Assembly (NCBI GenBank): GCA_964390635.1
Contig: CAYMIG010000005.1
Location: 148,320 to 212,319, forward strand
Direction: 5' to 3'
DNA length: 64,000 nucleotides
DNA from: an uncultured Vampirovibrionales bacterium
GTDB taxonomy: Bacteria > Cyanobacteriota > Vampirovibrionia > Vampirovibrionales > Vampirovibrionaceae
This document shows positions 54,967 to 64,000 of this stretch, in pieces. Under the pieces are notes generated by a model, which worked only from the letters and a program-made list of their open reading frames with translations, had not been told where the DNA came from and ran no database searches. A program made the position numbers and the translations under genes. Position 1 is the stretch's first letter, and every line of letters begins with the position of its first letter.

Positions 54967-56207
54967 CGGGACGCCCCTTCAATCCAAACGGCCATGGCCT
55001 GGGTTGTGGCAGCCAGAAGCCGGTTTTCCGGCGGTTCTTCGCTGCCTGGCGCGGACTGCCAGAGTACCAGATCCGCCTGCTTCCCGGCTTCCAGGGTGCC
55101 AATGGCATGCTCCCACCCCATCACCCGGGCGCCGTCGTAGGTCATGGCCTTCAGGGCGGTGCGGGCGTCCCAGCCGTGCAGTTGCATGGCCAGCCGGGCC
55201 TCGGCGCGCAGGTCCAGATCCTCGGTGCTCAGTTTGCCGTCGGTGCCCAAGCCCAGGGGAATGCCGCTTTCCCTCCAGTCGGGGTAATCCAGGGTTTTCC
55301 CGTGCAGGGCCAGGTTGCTGCGGGGACAATGGGCCACCCGCCCACCGGCCTCCGCCAGGGCTTCCCGGTCCAGGCGGTTGGTATGCACGGCATGGGCCAC
55401 AGTCATGCCCGCCGTCAGCAGCTTGAATCGCTCCAGGTAGGCCATGGGGGTTTCGGCGGGAATGCTGGGCCCGAAGTGACGCCCCAGCACCCGTTCATGA
55501 AATGGCTGGATCTCGCTGGGCAAGCCCCGCAGGTAATCCACTTCCGCCTGGAACTCGGCCACGTGGGTATGCACCCGGGGGGTGCCCAGGGCATCCAGCA
55601 TGGCCTGCCAGGCTTCCGGGGACACATTGTAGGGGCTGTGCGGCGAAATCCCCACCGCCAGGCGTGGATGCCCCCGGTAGCGCTCCGCCAGCGCCCGGTA
55701 GCGGGCCAGGGGTTCTTCTATGGACACGTCCGGGGCGGGGTGGACAAATTCAACGGCCACCTGGGCCCGCATGCCCGCCACTTCCAGGCATTCCAGGCTT
55801 TCCGGGCCGGAGGCCACATCGTTGATGCAGGTGGTGCCGAAGCCCAGCAACTCTTGAATGCCGGCTTCGCAACGCTGGCGGCGCGATTGCGGGGTGCTTG
55901 CCGCCTGCTTGTTACGCTGGATGACCGCCAGCAGCCATTCGGTAAAAGGTTGCCCGGGCGTCCTGGGCAGGGGCTGCGGTTCCGTTTGCTCCAAGTGGGT
56001 GTGTACATTGACCAGCCCCGGGGTCAGCAGGCTGCCCGGCTCAGGAGCGGGAGCCGAAGCGCTTTCCCCCAGCTCCGCCAGCGCTCCCACGGCCATCAGG
56101 CGTCCGCCTTCCACGCGCACGAAGCCCCGGTGCACCGGCGGCCCCGCGACGGGCAGCACCCATTCGGCGGTCAGAATTTGCGAGGGGGGGAGGGCAGCTT
56201 CCTTCAT
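54951..56207 (-). CDS. metal-dependent amidohydrolase (chlorohydrolase/deaminase family)
   Basis: 418 aa; N-terminal HxH metal motif (VNVHTHLE) and amidohydrolase fold signature. Confidence 0.7.
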   Translation of the reverse strand: MKEAALPPSQILTAEWVLPVAGPPVHRGFVRVEGGRLMAVGALAELGESASAPAPEPGSLLTPGLVNVHTHLEQTEPQPLPRTPGQPFTEWLLAVIQRNKQAASTPQSRRQRCEAGIQELLGFGTTCINDVASGPESLECLEVAGMRAQVAVEFVHPAPDVSIEEPLARYRALAERYRGHPRLAVGISPHSPYNVSPEAWQAMLDALGTPRVHTHVAEFQAEVDYLRGLPSEIQPFHERVLGRHFGPSIPAETPMAYLERFKLLTAGMTVAHAVHTNRLDREALAEAGGRVAHCPRSNLALHGKTLDYPDWRESGIPLGLGTDGKLSTEDLDLRAEARLAMQLHGWDARTALKAMTYDGARVMGWEHAIGTLEAGKQADLVLWQSAPGSEEPPENRLLAATTQAMAVWIEGASRWQRP

Positions 56208-56265
56208 GGCGATTTTATTCTAAAATAAAGGAACCCATGATTCCTTGTGATGGAAAGGCACCCCT

Positions 56266-56382
56266 ATGCGGGACAACCCCGAAAAAGTCATGCTGTTTAT
56301 CTTCCCGGTCGTCACGTTTGGCCTGTTCGTAGTTGCCATTGCCCTGTGGTGGCTGGTTCAAACCTACGTCGTTCCCCACTAG
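56266..56382 (+). CDS. candidate 38-aa single-TM small protein (MRDNPEKVMLFIFPVVTFGLFVVAIALWWLVQTYVVPH)
   Basis: ATG with GGAAAGG upstream, stop TAG just before acyltransferase gene; below six-frame track length cut-off. Confidence 0.3.
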   Translation: MRDNPEKVMLFIFPVVTFGLFVVAIALWWLVQTYVVPH

Positions 56383-56391
56383 CGGCCTGGA

Positions 56392-57660
56392 TTGCCTTTT
56401 GTGAGCAAGCGTACCTTTCTGTCCCCCCAAATCAATCCGCTGGTGGTGGGGCTGGTGCGGGCCCTGATGCCGCTGCTCAGGAAAACGCTGTTCGGGGGGC
56501 TTGAGATTTGTATTGAGGAGCGCAGCCTGGAAACGCTGCGCCGCTATAAGGGTCAGCGCATGCTGCTGTTGCCCAACCACCCCACCGGGGAAGAGCCCCA
56601 GGTGCTGTTTGAGGTGGCTACCCAGCTGGATGAGGTGTTCAACTTTGTGGCCGCCCGCGAGGTGTTCGACTGGGAGCATGGCTTTCGGGGCTGGCTGCTG
56701 CGGCGGGTGGGGGTGTATTCCGTCATCCGGGGCGCGGCGGATCGGGAGTCGTTCATGACCTCCAAGAAGATCCTGATGGAGGGTCGCAATCGCCTGGTCA
56801 TCTTTATCGAGGGGGAGATTTCCCGGGGCAACGACACCCTGATTCCATTCGAGCCGGGGGTGATCCAGCTGGGCTACTGGGCGCAGGAATCCCTGGCCAA
56901 GGAGGCCCGCAAAAAAGGGGACGACAAGGAGTATCCCCCCGTGTACGTGGCCCCGGTGGCCATCCGCTACTACTTTAAGCCCGGGGTGGAGGTGGCCATC
57001 GAGCAGGGGCTCCAGAACCTGGAAAAGGCCGTGGGTGTGACCCCCCAGGCCGACTGGGATCCCTACCGGCGCATCCGGGCCATCGGGGAGCAGGTGTTAC
57101 GGGTGCTGGAGCGGGAGAACCACATGGTGCCGGTGCCGGAAACCTCCCTGACCGAGCGGGTGGAGGCCATCAAAAACCGCATGCTCAAAAAAATGGAGCT
57201 GTTCCTCGACCTCAAGCCCGATCCCAGCCTCAGCACCCTGGATCGACTGCGGGAAATCCGCAACACCATGGACAAGCTCATTCACACCTACGACGACCCC
57301 GAGGAGATGACCCCCTACGAGCGCCGTATTGCCGAGCACATGCGCCTGGCCTTGCAGGAGTTCTACGAGGATCTGGACCGGGTGGTTTACTTTGTGACCT
57401 ACGACGAGGCCTATTTGCGGGACAACCGAACCAACGAGCGGCTGATCGAGGCCATCCGCCGGCTGGAGAAGGAGGTCTTCGGCCTGGCCAGGCTGACCTA
57501 TCCCCGGGTGGCCGCCGTGGAGGTGGGCGAGGTGATTAGCCTGAAGGATAGCTTTGCCGATTACGAGGCGGATAAAAAAGGCCACGTCAAGCTTTTGGCC
57601 CAACGCCTGGAGCAGGACATGGCCGCCATGCTGGCCGCCATGCAACCGCCCCGCCGGTAA
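56392..57660 (+). CDS. lysophospholipid/glycerol-3-phosphate acyltransferase (PlsC-like) family protein
   Basis: 422 aa; acyltransferase blocks (LLLPNHPTGEEP, …FVAAREVF…, VIFIEGEISRG); start codon appears to be TTG. Confidence 0.7.
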   Translation: MPFVSKRTFLSPQINPLVVGLVRALMPLLRKTLFGGLEICIEERSLETLRRYKGQRMLLLPNHPTGEEPQVLFEVATQLDEVFNFVAAREVFDWEHGFRGWLLRRVGVYSVIRGAADRESFMTSKKILMEGRNRLVIFIEGEISRGNDTLIPFEPGVIQLGYWAQESLAKEARKKGDDKEYPPVYVAPVAIRYYFKPGVEVAIEQGLQNLEKAVGVTPQADWDPYRRIRAIGEQVLRVLERENHMVPVPETSLTERVEAIKNRMLKKMELFLDLKPDPSLSTLDRLREIRNTMDKLIHTYDDPEEMTPYERRIAEHMRLALQEFYEDLDRVVYFVTYDEAYLRDNRTNERLIEAIRRLEKEVFGLARLTYPRVAAVEVGEVISLKDSFADYEADKKGHVKLLAQRLEQDMAAMLAAMQPPRR

Positions 57661-57801
57661 CAGCCCCGGCGCCATTACCCGTTTGGCCATGGCCCTTGGG
57701 CCATGGTCAATGGGCCAATGCAAGGCCCCCGGCAGGGCCCTATAGTAAAAGCGTGAGAAGTCTCCCTCGACGACTCACCGGAAACAAAAGGAGAGCCTGC
57801 C

Positions 57802-58020
57802 ATGCTGCACCTTGCCACCCCCCACGCACGCATCCCCCGCACCCCGATCCGGGAAAGGATAGATTGGATGGTTGTTGTCGGAACCATCGCCGGGTTGTTG
57901 ATGCTGCTGCTGGCGCAGGCCTGGCTGGGCGCGGCTTCAAGACCGTCCGAACCCACACCCGGTGCCTACACTGCTGACTTGGGGCCAAACCCTGGAGTCA
58001 CCTGGAGTACGCCGCCCTAA
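57802..58020 (+). CDS. candidate small membrane protein (72 aa)
   Basis: AAGGAG Shine-Dalgarno 7 nt upstream of ATG; one TM segment (MVVVGTIAGLLMLLLAQAWLGAA). Confidence 0.3.
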   Translation: MLHLATPHARIPRTPIRERIDWMVVVGTIAGLLMLLLAQAWLGAASRPSEPTPGAYTADLGPNPGVTWSTPP

Positions 58021-58073
58021 GAATCCCTTCTCCTTACGGCTGGCAGGCTCTCCGTCTTTTTGGTTCACCAGCC

Positions 58074-58145
58074 GGCGCCCTGCCCGGTACTCCAGCGGGC
58101 AGGGCGCAAAAAGAGAAAATGCCCGCTGCTTTGGCGGGCATTTTG
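58074..58145 (-). terminator. 12-bp perfect palindrome followed by AAAATGCCCGC/GCGGGCATTTT hairpin, terminator for minus-strand gene ending at 58172
   Basis: GGCGCCCTGCCCG-gtactccag-CGGGCAGGGCGCC, then ATGCCCGC-tgctttg-GCGGGCAT; minus-strand T-run follows the second hairpin. Confidence 0.5.
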
Positions 58146-58171
58146 GCAAGCGGAAAGGCTGCAGTGGGCGG

Positions 58172-58537
58172 CTAGAACCCGTTGACCTGCTGGGTGGAGG
58201 CTTCCACGCTTTGCATGGCCCGGGCGTAGGAATCTTCCTTCAGCTGGCCCTGGCCGTCGAACTCGATTTTGATGATGCCCTGCTGTTCGGCCTTGGCCAT
58301 CAGGGCGTCCCGGTACCGGTTTGAATCCGAGATGTCCAGGCTGTTGTACTTGGTGGTTTCCGTCTTGGACAGCACCAGCCAATCCGGGTAGTTGTGGGCG
58401 TACAGGTAATGGCCTTCCTGATCCATGCGGTCGCGGACGGCCTGCTTGGTGTGGAAGTCGGGCTGGCTTTCCTGGCGTCCGTTTTTCTGCACGAATTTGA
58501 CGATGCGCGCACCAAAATGCACGTTGCTGATGGACAT
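58172..58537 (-). CDS. hypothetical protein (~121 aa)
   Basis: start chosen at ATG 58537 (GGAG upstream); longer six-frame versions would contain the rpsI terminator hairpin. Confidence 0.45.
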   Translation of the reverse strand: MSISNVHFGARIVKFVQKNGRQESQPDFHTKQAVRDRMDQEGHYLYAHNYPDWLVLSKTETTKYNSLDISDSNRYRDALMAKAEQQGIIKIEFDGQGQLKEDSYARAMQSVEASTQQVNGF

Positions 58538-58706
58538 GGCGGGGAATCTCCAAGTTAAGGTGGGGAACAAAAGCAAGGGATGAACCGGTTGGGTGATGGG
58601 GGATGGGGTTTCTTTCATAATTAAGGCCGAAAAAGGGTGTTTGTTGCCAGTTATCCCGGGTGCAGCCAGGGGATATGCAGCCTTGATACGCAGGATAGCG
58701 CCAAGC

Positions 58707-58735
58707 AAAATGCCCGCCAACGCAGCGGGCATTTC
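58707..58735 (-). terminator. intrinsic terminator of rplM-rpsI operon
   Basis: AAAATGCCCGC-caacgca-GCGGGCAT, T-run on minus strand (complement of caaaa). Confidence 0.55.
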
Positions 58736-58762
58736 GAATGGAGTCCTTGCACAAAAGTTGAA

Positions 58763-59173
58763 TTAGCGTTTGGAGAACTGGAAGCGCTTGCGGGCTTTCT
58801 TGCGGCCGTACTTTTTGCGCTCCTTCACCCGGGAATCGCGGGTCAGGAAGCCTTCCTTGCGCATGACTTCCTCGTAGCTCTCGTTGATGTCGGCCAGCGC
58901 GCGGGCCACGCCCAGACGCATCGCCTGGGCCTGCCCGACCACCCCGCCGCCCACGGCGTTTACCAGCACGTTGAAGCGGTCTTCAACGCCGGCGGCCACC
59001 AGGGGCTGTTTCACGGGAATGTGCAGGGCCTTGCGGTTGCCCAGGTACTGCTCAACCGATTTGCCGTTCACGATGACCTGGCCGTTACCGGGCACCAGGC
59101 GCACGCGCACCACGGCTTCCTTGCGGCGACCGGTGCCGCGGGTTCCAACTTGGGGATACTTGGTGGCAGCCAT
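58763..59173 (-). CDS. rpsI: 30S ribosomal protein S9
   Basis: 136 aa, …GGGVVGQAQAMRLGVARAL…KKYGRKKARKRFQFSKR. Confidence 0.9.
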   Translation of the reverse strand: MAATKYPQVGTRGTGRRKEAVVRVRLVPGNGQVIVNGKSVEQYLGNRKALHIPVKQPLVAAGVEDRFNVLVNAVGGGVVGQAQAMRLGVARALADINESYEEVMRKEGFLTRDSRVKERKKYGRKKARKRFQFSKR

Positions 59174-59616
59174 TATTCAGCCTCCTTTTCCAGTTTCAAC
59201 GCGACAGGCTGCTGGGCGGCGTGCGGATGCTCGGTGCCGGCATAGACAAACAGCTTGGTAAACTGCTTGCGGCCCAGGGTGTTGTGGGGCAGCATGCCTT
59301 TCACGGCGATTTCCAGGGCACGGCCCGGGTGGTTGTTTTGCATATCGCGGAAATTGGTGGTTTTCAGCCCGCCCGGGTAACCGCTGTGGCGCCGGTAGAG
59401 CTTTTCGGTGAATTTCTTGCCGGTCACGCGGAGCTTGTCCGCGTTGATCACCACCACGAAATCGCCGGTGTCGATGTGGGGAGTGAACTGCGGTTTGTGC
59501 TTGCCACGCAGGAGGTTGGCGATCTTGCTGGCCAGCCGGCCGAGGGTCAGATCCTCGGCGTCGATCAGCCACCAGGTGCGCTCCACCTCAAGAGGCTTTG
59601 CGGAATAGGTTTTCAT
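59173..59616 (-). CDS. rplM: 50S ribosomal protein L13
   Basis: 147 aa, [30 protein letters not shown]…. Confidence 0.9.
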   Translation of the reverse strand: MKTYSAKPLEVERTWWLIDAEDLTLGRLASKIANLLRGKHKPQFTPHIDTGDFVVVINADKLRVTGKKFTEKLYRRHSGYPGGLKTTNFRDMQNNHPGRALEIAVKGMLPHNTLGRKQFTKLFVYAGTEHPHAAQQPVALKLEKEAE

Positions 59617-60475
59617 TGTGCTTGGACTCCATTAGTGTGATTAGGGTTTGAACGTTGGGATTCGCGTGGAAAAAGCCGTGGGGTTCGCCGTAGCGGATGG
59701 CCATCAGGCTGAGGCCCTCCGGCTTGGCGGTGGGGGCGGCGGCCTGGCGGTTGCGCTGGGCCAGCACCTCCAGGATGTTTTCCGGTGTGTGGCCGGCCTT
59801 GCCAATGGCAATCAGCTGGCCGGTGAGGTTCCGAACCATTTTATACAGAAAACGGTTGGCCACAATGTCGAAAATCACTCGCTCCCCGTCCCGGTGCACC
59901 CGGCTGTGGTAGACGGTGCACACGTTGTCGGTAACGTCGGTGTCGGGGCATTTGAAGCTGGCAAAGTCGTGGGTGCCTTCCAGCAGGCGGGCGGCGGCGT
60001 CCATGCGGGCGGCGTCCAGGGGGCGCTGCACGTGGGCGGCATCCGCACCGGCCCAGACCGAGCGGGTTTCGTGGTTGTAGATAATATAGCGGTACCACTT
60101 GGCCAGGGCTTCCCGGCGGCTGTTGAAGGCCAGGCCGGTATCAATGCGGGCATCCTGCACCGAAACCGTGGCGGGCAGCACCGCGTTCAGGGCCTTTACC
60201 AGATGGGGCACGTTCACCAGGGCGTTTGGGGCGATATCGAAATGCGCCACCTGGCCCTTGGCGTGCACGCCGGTATCGGTGCGGCTGGCAAAGCTCACTG
60301 CCGAGGTCGCCAGTCCCAGCTGGGCCAGGGCCTCTTCCAGGGTGCGCTGCACGGTGGGCAATTCCGGCTGGAACTGGCTGCCGCAGAAGGCGCTGCCGCA
60401 ATACTCAACCAGAAGAGCCACGCGAATGGGCTCTTCCGGCAAGTGAGTGTTTGGTTTTGCGGTTGCGTCCGACAT
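59588..60475 (-). CDS. truA: tRNA pseudouridine(38-40) synthase
   Basis: 295 aa; TruA motifs (…[12 protein letters not shown]…, …SRTDTGVHA…). Confidence 0.85.
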   Translation of the reverse strand: MSDATAKPNTHLPEEPIRVALLVEYCGSAFCGSQFQPELPTVQRTLEEALAQLGLATSAVSFASRTDTGVHAKGQVAHFDIAPNALVNVPHLVKALNAVLPATVSVQDARIDTGLAFNSRREALAKWYRYIIYNHETRSVWAGADAAHVQRPLDAARMDAAARLLEGTHDFASFKCPDTDVTDNVCTVYHSRVHRDGERVIFDIVANRFLYKMVRNLTGQLIAIGKAGHTPENILEVLAQRNRQAAAPTAKPEGLSLMAIRYGEPHGFFHANPNVQTLITLMESKHNENLFRKAS

Positions 60476-60499
60476 TCCTATCTTTCCAAGAGGTTGGGC

Positions 60500-61015
60500 C
60501 TAGTCCACCAGCTGGACAAGCGCCATGGGAGCGGCGTCACCACGGCGCGGGGGCGCCTGGATGACCCGTACGTAACCGCCCTTGCGATCCTTGAAGCGGG
60601 GGCCTACTTCGGTGAAGATGCGGCGCAGCACGGTCTGGGGGATTTCCCGGGTCTTGCCGTTGCGCTCTTCGGTGACGAAGCGGAACTTGGTTTTCTTGCC
60701 GCTTTTCAGCAGGGGCTTGCGGCCCAGGGCGCGATCCACCTTGGCAGCCTTTTGCTGACGCTCGGCGATTTCCTGGCCGGCCTCATCGGCAATGTAGCTG
60801 TGGTAAATCAGCTTGCGAACCTGACGCATGGCGTGGACATCACCGCGTTTGGCCAGCGAGATGATGCGGTCGGCTTCTTTTTTCAGGGCTTTGGCCCGCA
60901 CCAGCGTGGTCATAATCTCGTCATGGGTGAACAGGCTGGTGGCCAGGCTGCGGATCAGGGCGTTGCGCTGGTCGGCGGGTCTGCCCAGATGGTCAACTTT
61001 ACAGCGGTGTCTCAT
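60500..61015 (-). CDS. rplQ: 50S ribosomal protein L17
   Basis: 171 aa, MRHRCKVDHLGRPADQRNALIRSL…. Confidence 0.9.
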   Translation of the reverse strand: MRHRCKVDHLGRPADQRNALIRSLATSLFTHDEIMTTLVRAKALKKEADRIISLAKRGDVHAMRQVRKLIYHSYIADEAGQEIAERQQKAAKVDRALGRKPLLKSGKKTKFRFVTEERNGKTREIPQTVLRRIFTEVGPRFKDRKGGYVRVIQAPPRRGDAAPMALVQLVD

Positions 61016-61044
61016 GGTGGGTGTCCTTCAGTTCTCGAAAAAAG

Positions 61045-62019
61045 TTACTCGACCGGCAGTTCCACGCCTTCCGGGTTCGGCTTGAGGTTCAGGCCGAAGG
61101 CTTTCAGGCGTTCAATCACCTCGTCCGAGGACTTCTTGCCGAAGTTCTTGATGTTCAGCAGGTCGTGCTCGGATTTCTGCAGCAGTTCGGAAATGCTGTT
61201 GATGTTGGCCCGCTTCAGGCAGTTGAAGGCCCGAACGGAGAGCTCGAGGTCTTCAATGGTGATGTTGGGGGCCGCCACTTCGTCTTTGGGTTCGGCTTCG
61301 CTGCTCTGGGCCTGGGTGACCAGGGTGGGCAGGCCGGACAGCGAGGCCACCGGCAGGAAGTGCTCGATGAGCAGGTTGGCGGCCTGGCTCAGAGCGGTGC
61401 TGACATCCACGCTGCCGTTGGACCAGATTTCCAGCGTCAGCTTGTCGTAGTCGGTGCGCTGGCCCACGCGGGTGTCTTCCACGCTGTAGGACACCCGGCG
61501 GATGGGCATGTACACCGCATCCAGGGTCAGGGTATCCACCGCCTTGTTGCTGGTGCTGATGTCAGCCGGCACGTAGCCCTTGCCCACTTCGGCGGTCATC
61601 ACCATGTGCAGGCTGGCGCCTTCGCCCAGGGTGCAGATGTGCCAATCGGGGTTGACCACTTTCACGTCGGCGGGCACTTCAATATCGCCGGCCAGCACCG
61701 GGCCGGGGCGATCCACGTCCAGGCGCAGGTATTGCGGGTCATCGCTGTTGCACTTCAGCACCACGCCCTTCAGGTTCAGCATCACGTCCAGCACGTCTTC
61801 GGTGACACCCGGGATGGTGGTGAACTCATGGGTGATGCCGTCGATGCGCACCGAGGTGATGGCGCAGCCTTTCAGGCTGGAGAGCAGCACGCGACGCAGC
61901 GAGTTGCCCAGCGTGGTTCCGTAGCCCCGCTCCAGCGGCTCGATGACGAACTTGCCGTAAATGGAACCGTCGGAATCGGTGGTGGTGTTGACACATTTGA
62001 TGTTGAGCTGCTGTTCCAT
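61045..62019 (-). CDS. rpoA: DNA-directed RNA polymerase subunit alpha
   Basis: 324 aa; N-terminal dimerisation domain and C-terminal domain (…IEDLELSVRAFNCLKRANI…). Confidence 0.95.
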   Translation of the reverse strand: MEQQLNIKCVNTTTDSDGSIYGKFVIEPLERGYGTTLGNSLRRVLLSSLKGCAITSVRIDGITHEFTTIPGVTEDVLDVMLNLKGVVLKCNSDDPQYLRLDVDRPGPVLAGDIEVPADVKVVNPDWHICTLGEGASLHMVMTAEVGKGYVPADISTSNKAVDTLTLDAVYMPIRRVSYSVEDTRVGQRTDYDKLTLEIWSNGSVDVSTALSQAANLLIEHFLPVASLSGLPTLVTQAQSSEAEPKDEVAAPNITIEDLELSVRAFNCLKRANINSISELLQKSEHDLLNIKNFGKKSSDEVIERLKAFGLNLKPNPEGVELPVE

Positions 62020-62058
62020 GGAATTGGGAAACCTCCGAAAATTGAAATCTGATGGGGT

Positions 62059-62670
62059 CTAGCGCGAGTAGTATTCGATGATGAGCTGCTCCTGAACGGT
62101 CTGGTCCAGATCTTCCCGCTCGGGGCGCTGCTTGTATTTCGCGACCTGGGCGTCGGCATCCACTTCCAGCCAGTGGGGCACCAGGGGCTGGTGGTGCGGG
62201 TTGGCGTCCACCAGGGCTTTCAGGATGGCCTTGCTCTTTTCGCGCACGGTAATAATGTCGCCCGGCTTCATCTGGTAGGAGGCGATGTCCACCTTGCGGC
62301 CATTCACCAGGATGTGCCCATGGCAAATCAGCTGGCGGGCTTGCGGACGGGTGGTGGCCAGCCCGGAGCGGTACAGGATGTTGTCCAGCCGGCTTTCCAG
62401 CAACTGCAGCAGCACGGTACCGGTGACGCCTTTTTTCTGCACTGCCTTTTCGTAGGTGCGGCGGAACTGCTTTTCCAGCAGGCCGTAGGTGCGGCGCAGT
62501 TTCTGCTTTTCAGCCAACTGGATGCCGTATTCCGACACTTTCTTGCGCGCGGCGCCGTGTTGGCCAGGGCCCGCGGAACGCTTCAGTTTGGCGCCGACTT
62601 TGGGGTTGATATCCAGAACGGCACCGGCTCTGCGGCTTTGCTTAAACGTCGATTCCCGATAACGTGCCAA
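62059..62670 (-). CDS. rpsD: 30S ribosomal protein S4
   Basis: 203 aa, MARYRESTFKQSRRAGAVLD…. Confidence 0.9.
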   Translation of the reverse strand: MARYRESTFKQSRRAGAVLDINPKVGAKLKRSAGPGQHGAARKKVSEYGIQLAEKQKLRRTYGLLEKQFRRTYEKAVQKKGVTGTVLLQLLESRLDNILYRSGLATTRPQARQLICHGHILVNGRKVDIASYQMKPGDIITVREKSKAILKALVDANPHHQPLVPHWLEVDADAQVAKYKQRPEREDLDQTVQEQLIIEYYSR

Positions 62671-62704
62671 GGTGGAACTCCTTCTGTGTTAGAACTTGCT
62701 AAAT

Positions 62705-63094
62705 CTATACGCGACGGCGCTTGGGGGGACGGCAGCCGTTGTGGGGAATGGGCGTGCAGTCCTTGATGAGGGTGATTTCCAGGCCAGCTACTTGCAGGGC
62801 GCGAATGGCGGTTTCTCGACCGGCGCCCGGGCCGCTGACATACACTTCAACCGAGCGCATGCCGTTTTCCATCGATTTTTTGGCCACGGATTCGGCGGCG
62901 GATTGCGCGGCGAACGGGGTGCCTTTGCGGGCGCCCTTGAAGCCTTCCGAACCGGCGCTGCCCCAGGCCACCACGTTGCCCTGGGGATCGGTGGAGGTGA
63001 CGATGGTGTTGTTGAACGTGGACTGAATGTGGACCACGCCCTGCAGGATGTTTTTCTTCTCTTTGCGTTTGGGTTTGGAGGATTTCTCAGCCAT
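62705..63094 (-). CDS. rpsK: 30S ribosomal protein S11
   Basis: 129 aa, …[30 protein letters not shown]…. Confidence 0.9.
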   Translation of the reverse strand: MAEKSSKPKRKEKKNILQGVVHIQSTFNNTIVTSTDPQGNVVAWGSAGSEGFKGARKGTPFAAQSAAESVAKKSMENGMRSVEVYVSGPGAGRETAIRALQVAGLEITLIKDCTPIPHNGCRPPKRRRV

Positions 63095-63157
63095 GTTGTT
63101 CGTTTATCTCCTGAAGCTTTTCTGGACTTGTGCGTGAATGGGCTTATGTGGAATAGC

Positions 63158-63526
63158 CTAGGCTTTCTTTTTCATCGGGGCGGAGCGCTTGCCGCGACGG
63201 GTGCGGGCGTTGGTTTTGGTGCGCTGGCCGCGAACCGGCAGCCCGCGTTTGTGGCGCTGGCCACGGTAGCAGTTAATCTCGATGAGGCGCTTGATGTTCA
63301 AGCCTTCAGCCCGGCGCAGGTCGCCTTCCACCTGGTAGTTGCGCTCAATCTCGTCCCGCAGGGCGTTGATTTCGCCTTCGGTCAGATCATCGGTGCGCTT
63401 GTCGGGATCGATCCGGGTGGCTTCCAGGATCTTGCGGCTGGCCGACAGGCCGATGCCATAGATGTAGGGCAGCGCAAACAGTAATTTCTTGTTGCGGGGG
63501 AGGTCAACTCCGACGATTCTAGCCAT
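63158..63526 (-). CDS. rpsM: 30S ribosomal protein S13
   Basis: 122 aa, [26 protein letters not shown]…. Confidence 0.9.
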   Translation of the reverse strand: MARIVGVDLPRNKKLLFALPYIYGIGLSASRKILEATRIDPDKRTDDLTEGEINALRDEIERNYQVEGDLRRAEGLNIKRLIEINCYRGQRHKRGLPVRGQRTKTNARTRRGKRSAPMKKKA

Positions 63527-63789
63527 TCACGACTCCTGTTTTCTGTTTAAACGTTCAGTATCAGGGGAAATGAGGGATAATTCCACATATAGACTGAATA
63601 AAGTAATGTAAAAATACACCGGGATCAAGGGGGAGGTCTAAAATGACCGGCCATGACATAAAGTTTTGTAATGGCCGTCAGGGTTTGTGTGACGGTGAGC
63701 TGTGCGAAAGCCGACCCAAAACCAACCTGCCGGCCACCGGGGGGCTGGAGGACTGAAACGGCTCTGCGTACCCTGCGATTGGTAAACGC

Positions 63790-63903
63790 TTACCCTTGGC
63801 GTTGCTTGTGCTTGGGGTTTTCGCAAATGATGGCAACCCGGCCACGACGGCGAATCACCTTGCATTTGTCGCAGATTTTCTTAACGGACGTGCGAACTTT
63901 CAT
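63790..63903 (-). CDS. rpmJ: 50S ribosomal protein L36
   Basis: 37 aa [37 protein letters not shown] read by hand from minus strand; below track cut-off. Confidence 0.8.
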   Translation of the reverse strand: MKVRTSVKKICDKCKVIRRRGRVAIICENPKHKQRQG

Positions 63904-63937
63904 GAGGTCTAACCTTTTTTGTGTATCGCGATAACTA

Positions 63938-64000
63938 CTATTTCAGCCGGTAGGTAATCCGGCCCCGGGTCAGATCGTACGGGGAAAGTTCGATCTTCAC
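63938..64000 (-). CDS. infA: translation initiation factor IF-1, 3' end (gene runs off window)
   Basis: C-terminal …[20 protein letters not shown] read from minus strand, matches IF-1 C-terminus. Confidence 0.7.
   Translation of the reverse strand: MKIELSPYDLTRGRITYRLK

Noticed and set aside
58065-58754. Long (186/229 aa) six-frame versions of the hypothetical gene downstream of rpsI
   Set aside because: The rpsI intrinsic terminator hairpin (58707-58735) would lie inside them; a shorter start at 58537 with a GGAG site is more consistent.
63638-63865. 75-aa minus-strand ORF between rpsM and rpmJ
   Set aside because: Overlaps the hand-verified rpmJ (L36) coding sequence in another frame; spurious.
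1-64000. tRNA/rRNA genes and mobile elements
   Set aside because: Scanned intergenic regions for tRNA-like T-arm motifs (GTTCGAATC-like), rRNA-like conserved stretches, transposase/integrase ORFs and terminal inverted repeats; none identified by eye.

Overview
GC-rich bacterial chromosomal window. Coding regions are GC-rich and tightly packed, with many 1-4 nt ATGA/TAATG overlaps between adjacent genes, and there are AT-rich intergenic islands. Lineage could not be resolved; the gene content is broadly Terrabacteria/cyanobacteria-like.

Housekeeping anchors that I recognise well:
- rpsT; lysA followed by cdaA.
- A fused purC-purS followed by purQ.
- gltX, valS, prfC, uvrA, feoAB.
- The 3' half of the ribosomal alpha operon on the minus strand: infA-rpmJ-rpsM-rpsK-rpsD-rpoA-rplQ, then truA-rplM-rpsI.

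The window starts with an orphan flagellar-type export-gate operon: fliM/N-like C-ring protein, then fliO, fliP, fliQ (with an 80-aa C-terminal extension) and fliR. No flhA, flhB or ATPase is in view.

Between the anchors are several accessory-looking blocks:
1. A divergent pair of translationally coupled gene pairs (8.7-13.9 kb) encoding four unknown, apparently paralogous membrane proteins with shared motifs.
2. A 1.7-kb AT-rich islet (19.6-21.1 kb) with three small Gly/Asn-rich ORFs; two are tandem paralogs. One of them shares an MGDxxFN start with a 734-aa extremely acidic protein at 26.8-29.0 kb.
3. That acidic protein carries Gly-Tyr, (DHG)n, (ETE)n and four ~45-aa repeats, and contains a 36-bp tandem DNA repeat.
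4. Two tandem paralogous CGGC-anchored membrane proteins (46.6-48.0 kb).
5. A cyclic-nucleotide signalling set: CHASE2 adenylyl cyclase, cNMP-binding histidine kinase and CdaA.

No rRNA, tRNA, CRISPR array or transposase/integrase was recognised. The many long antisense ORFs in the six-frame track are treated as GC-driven artefacts.
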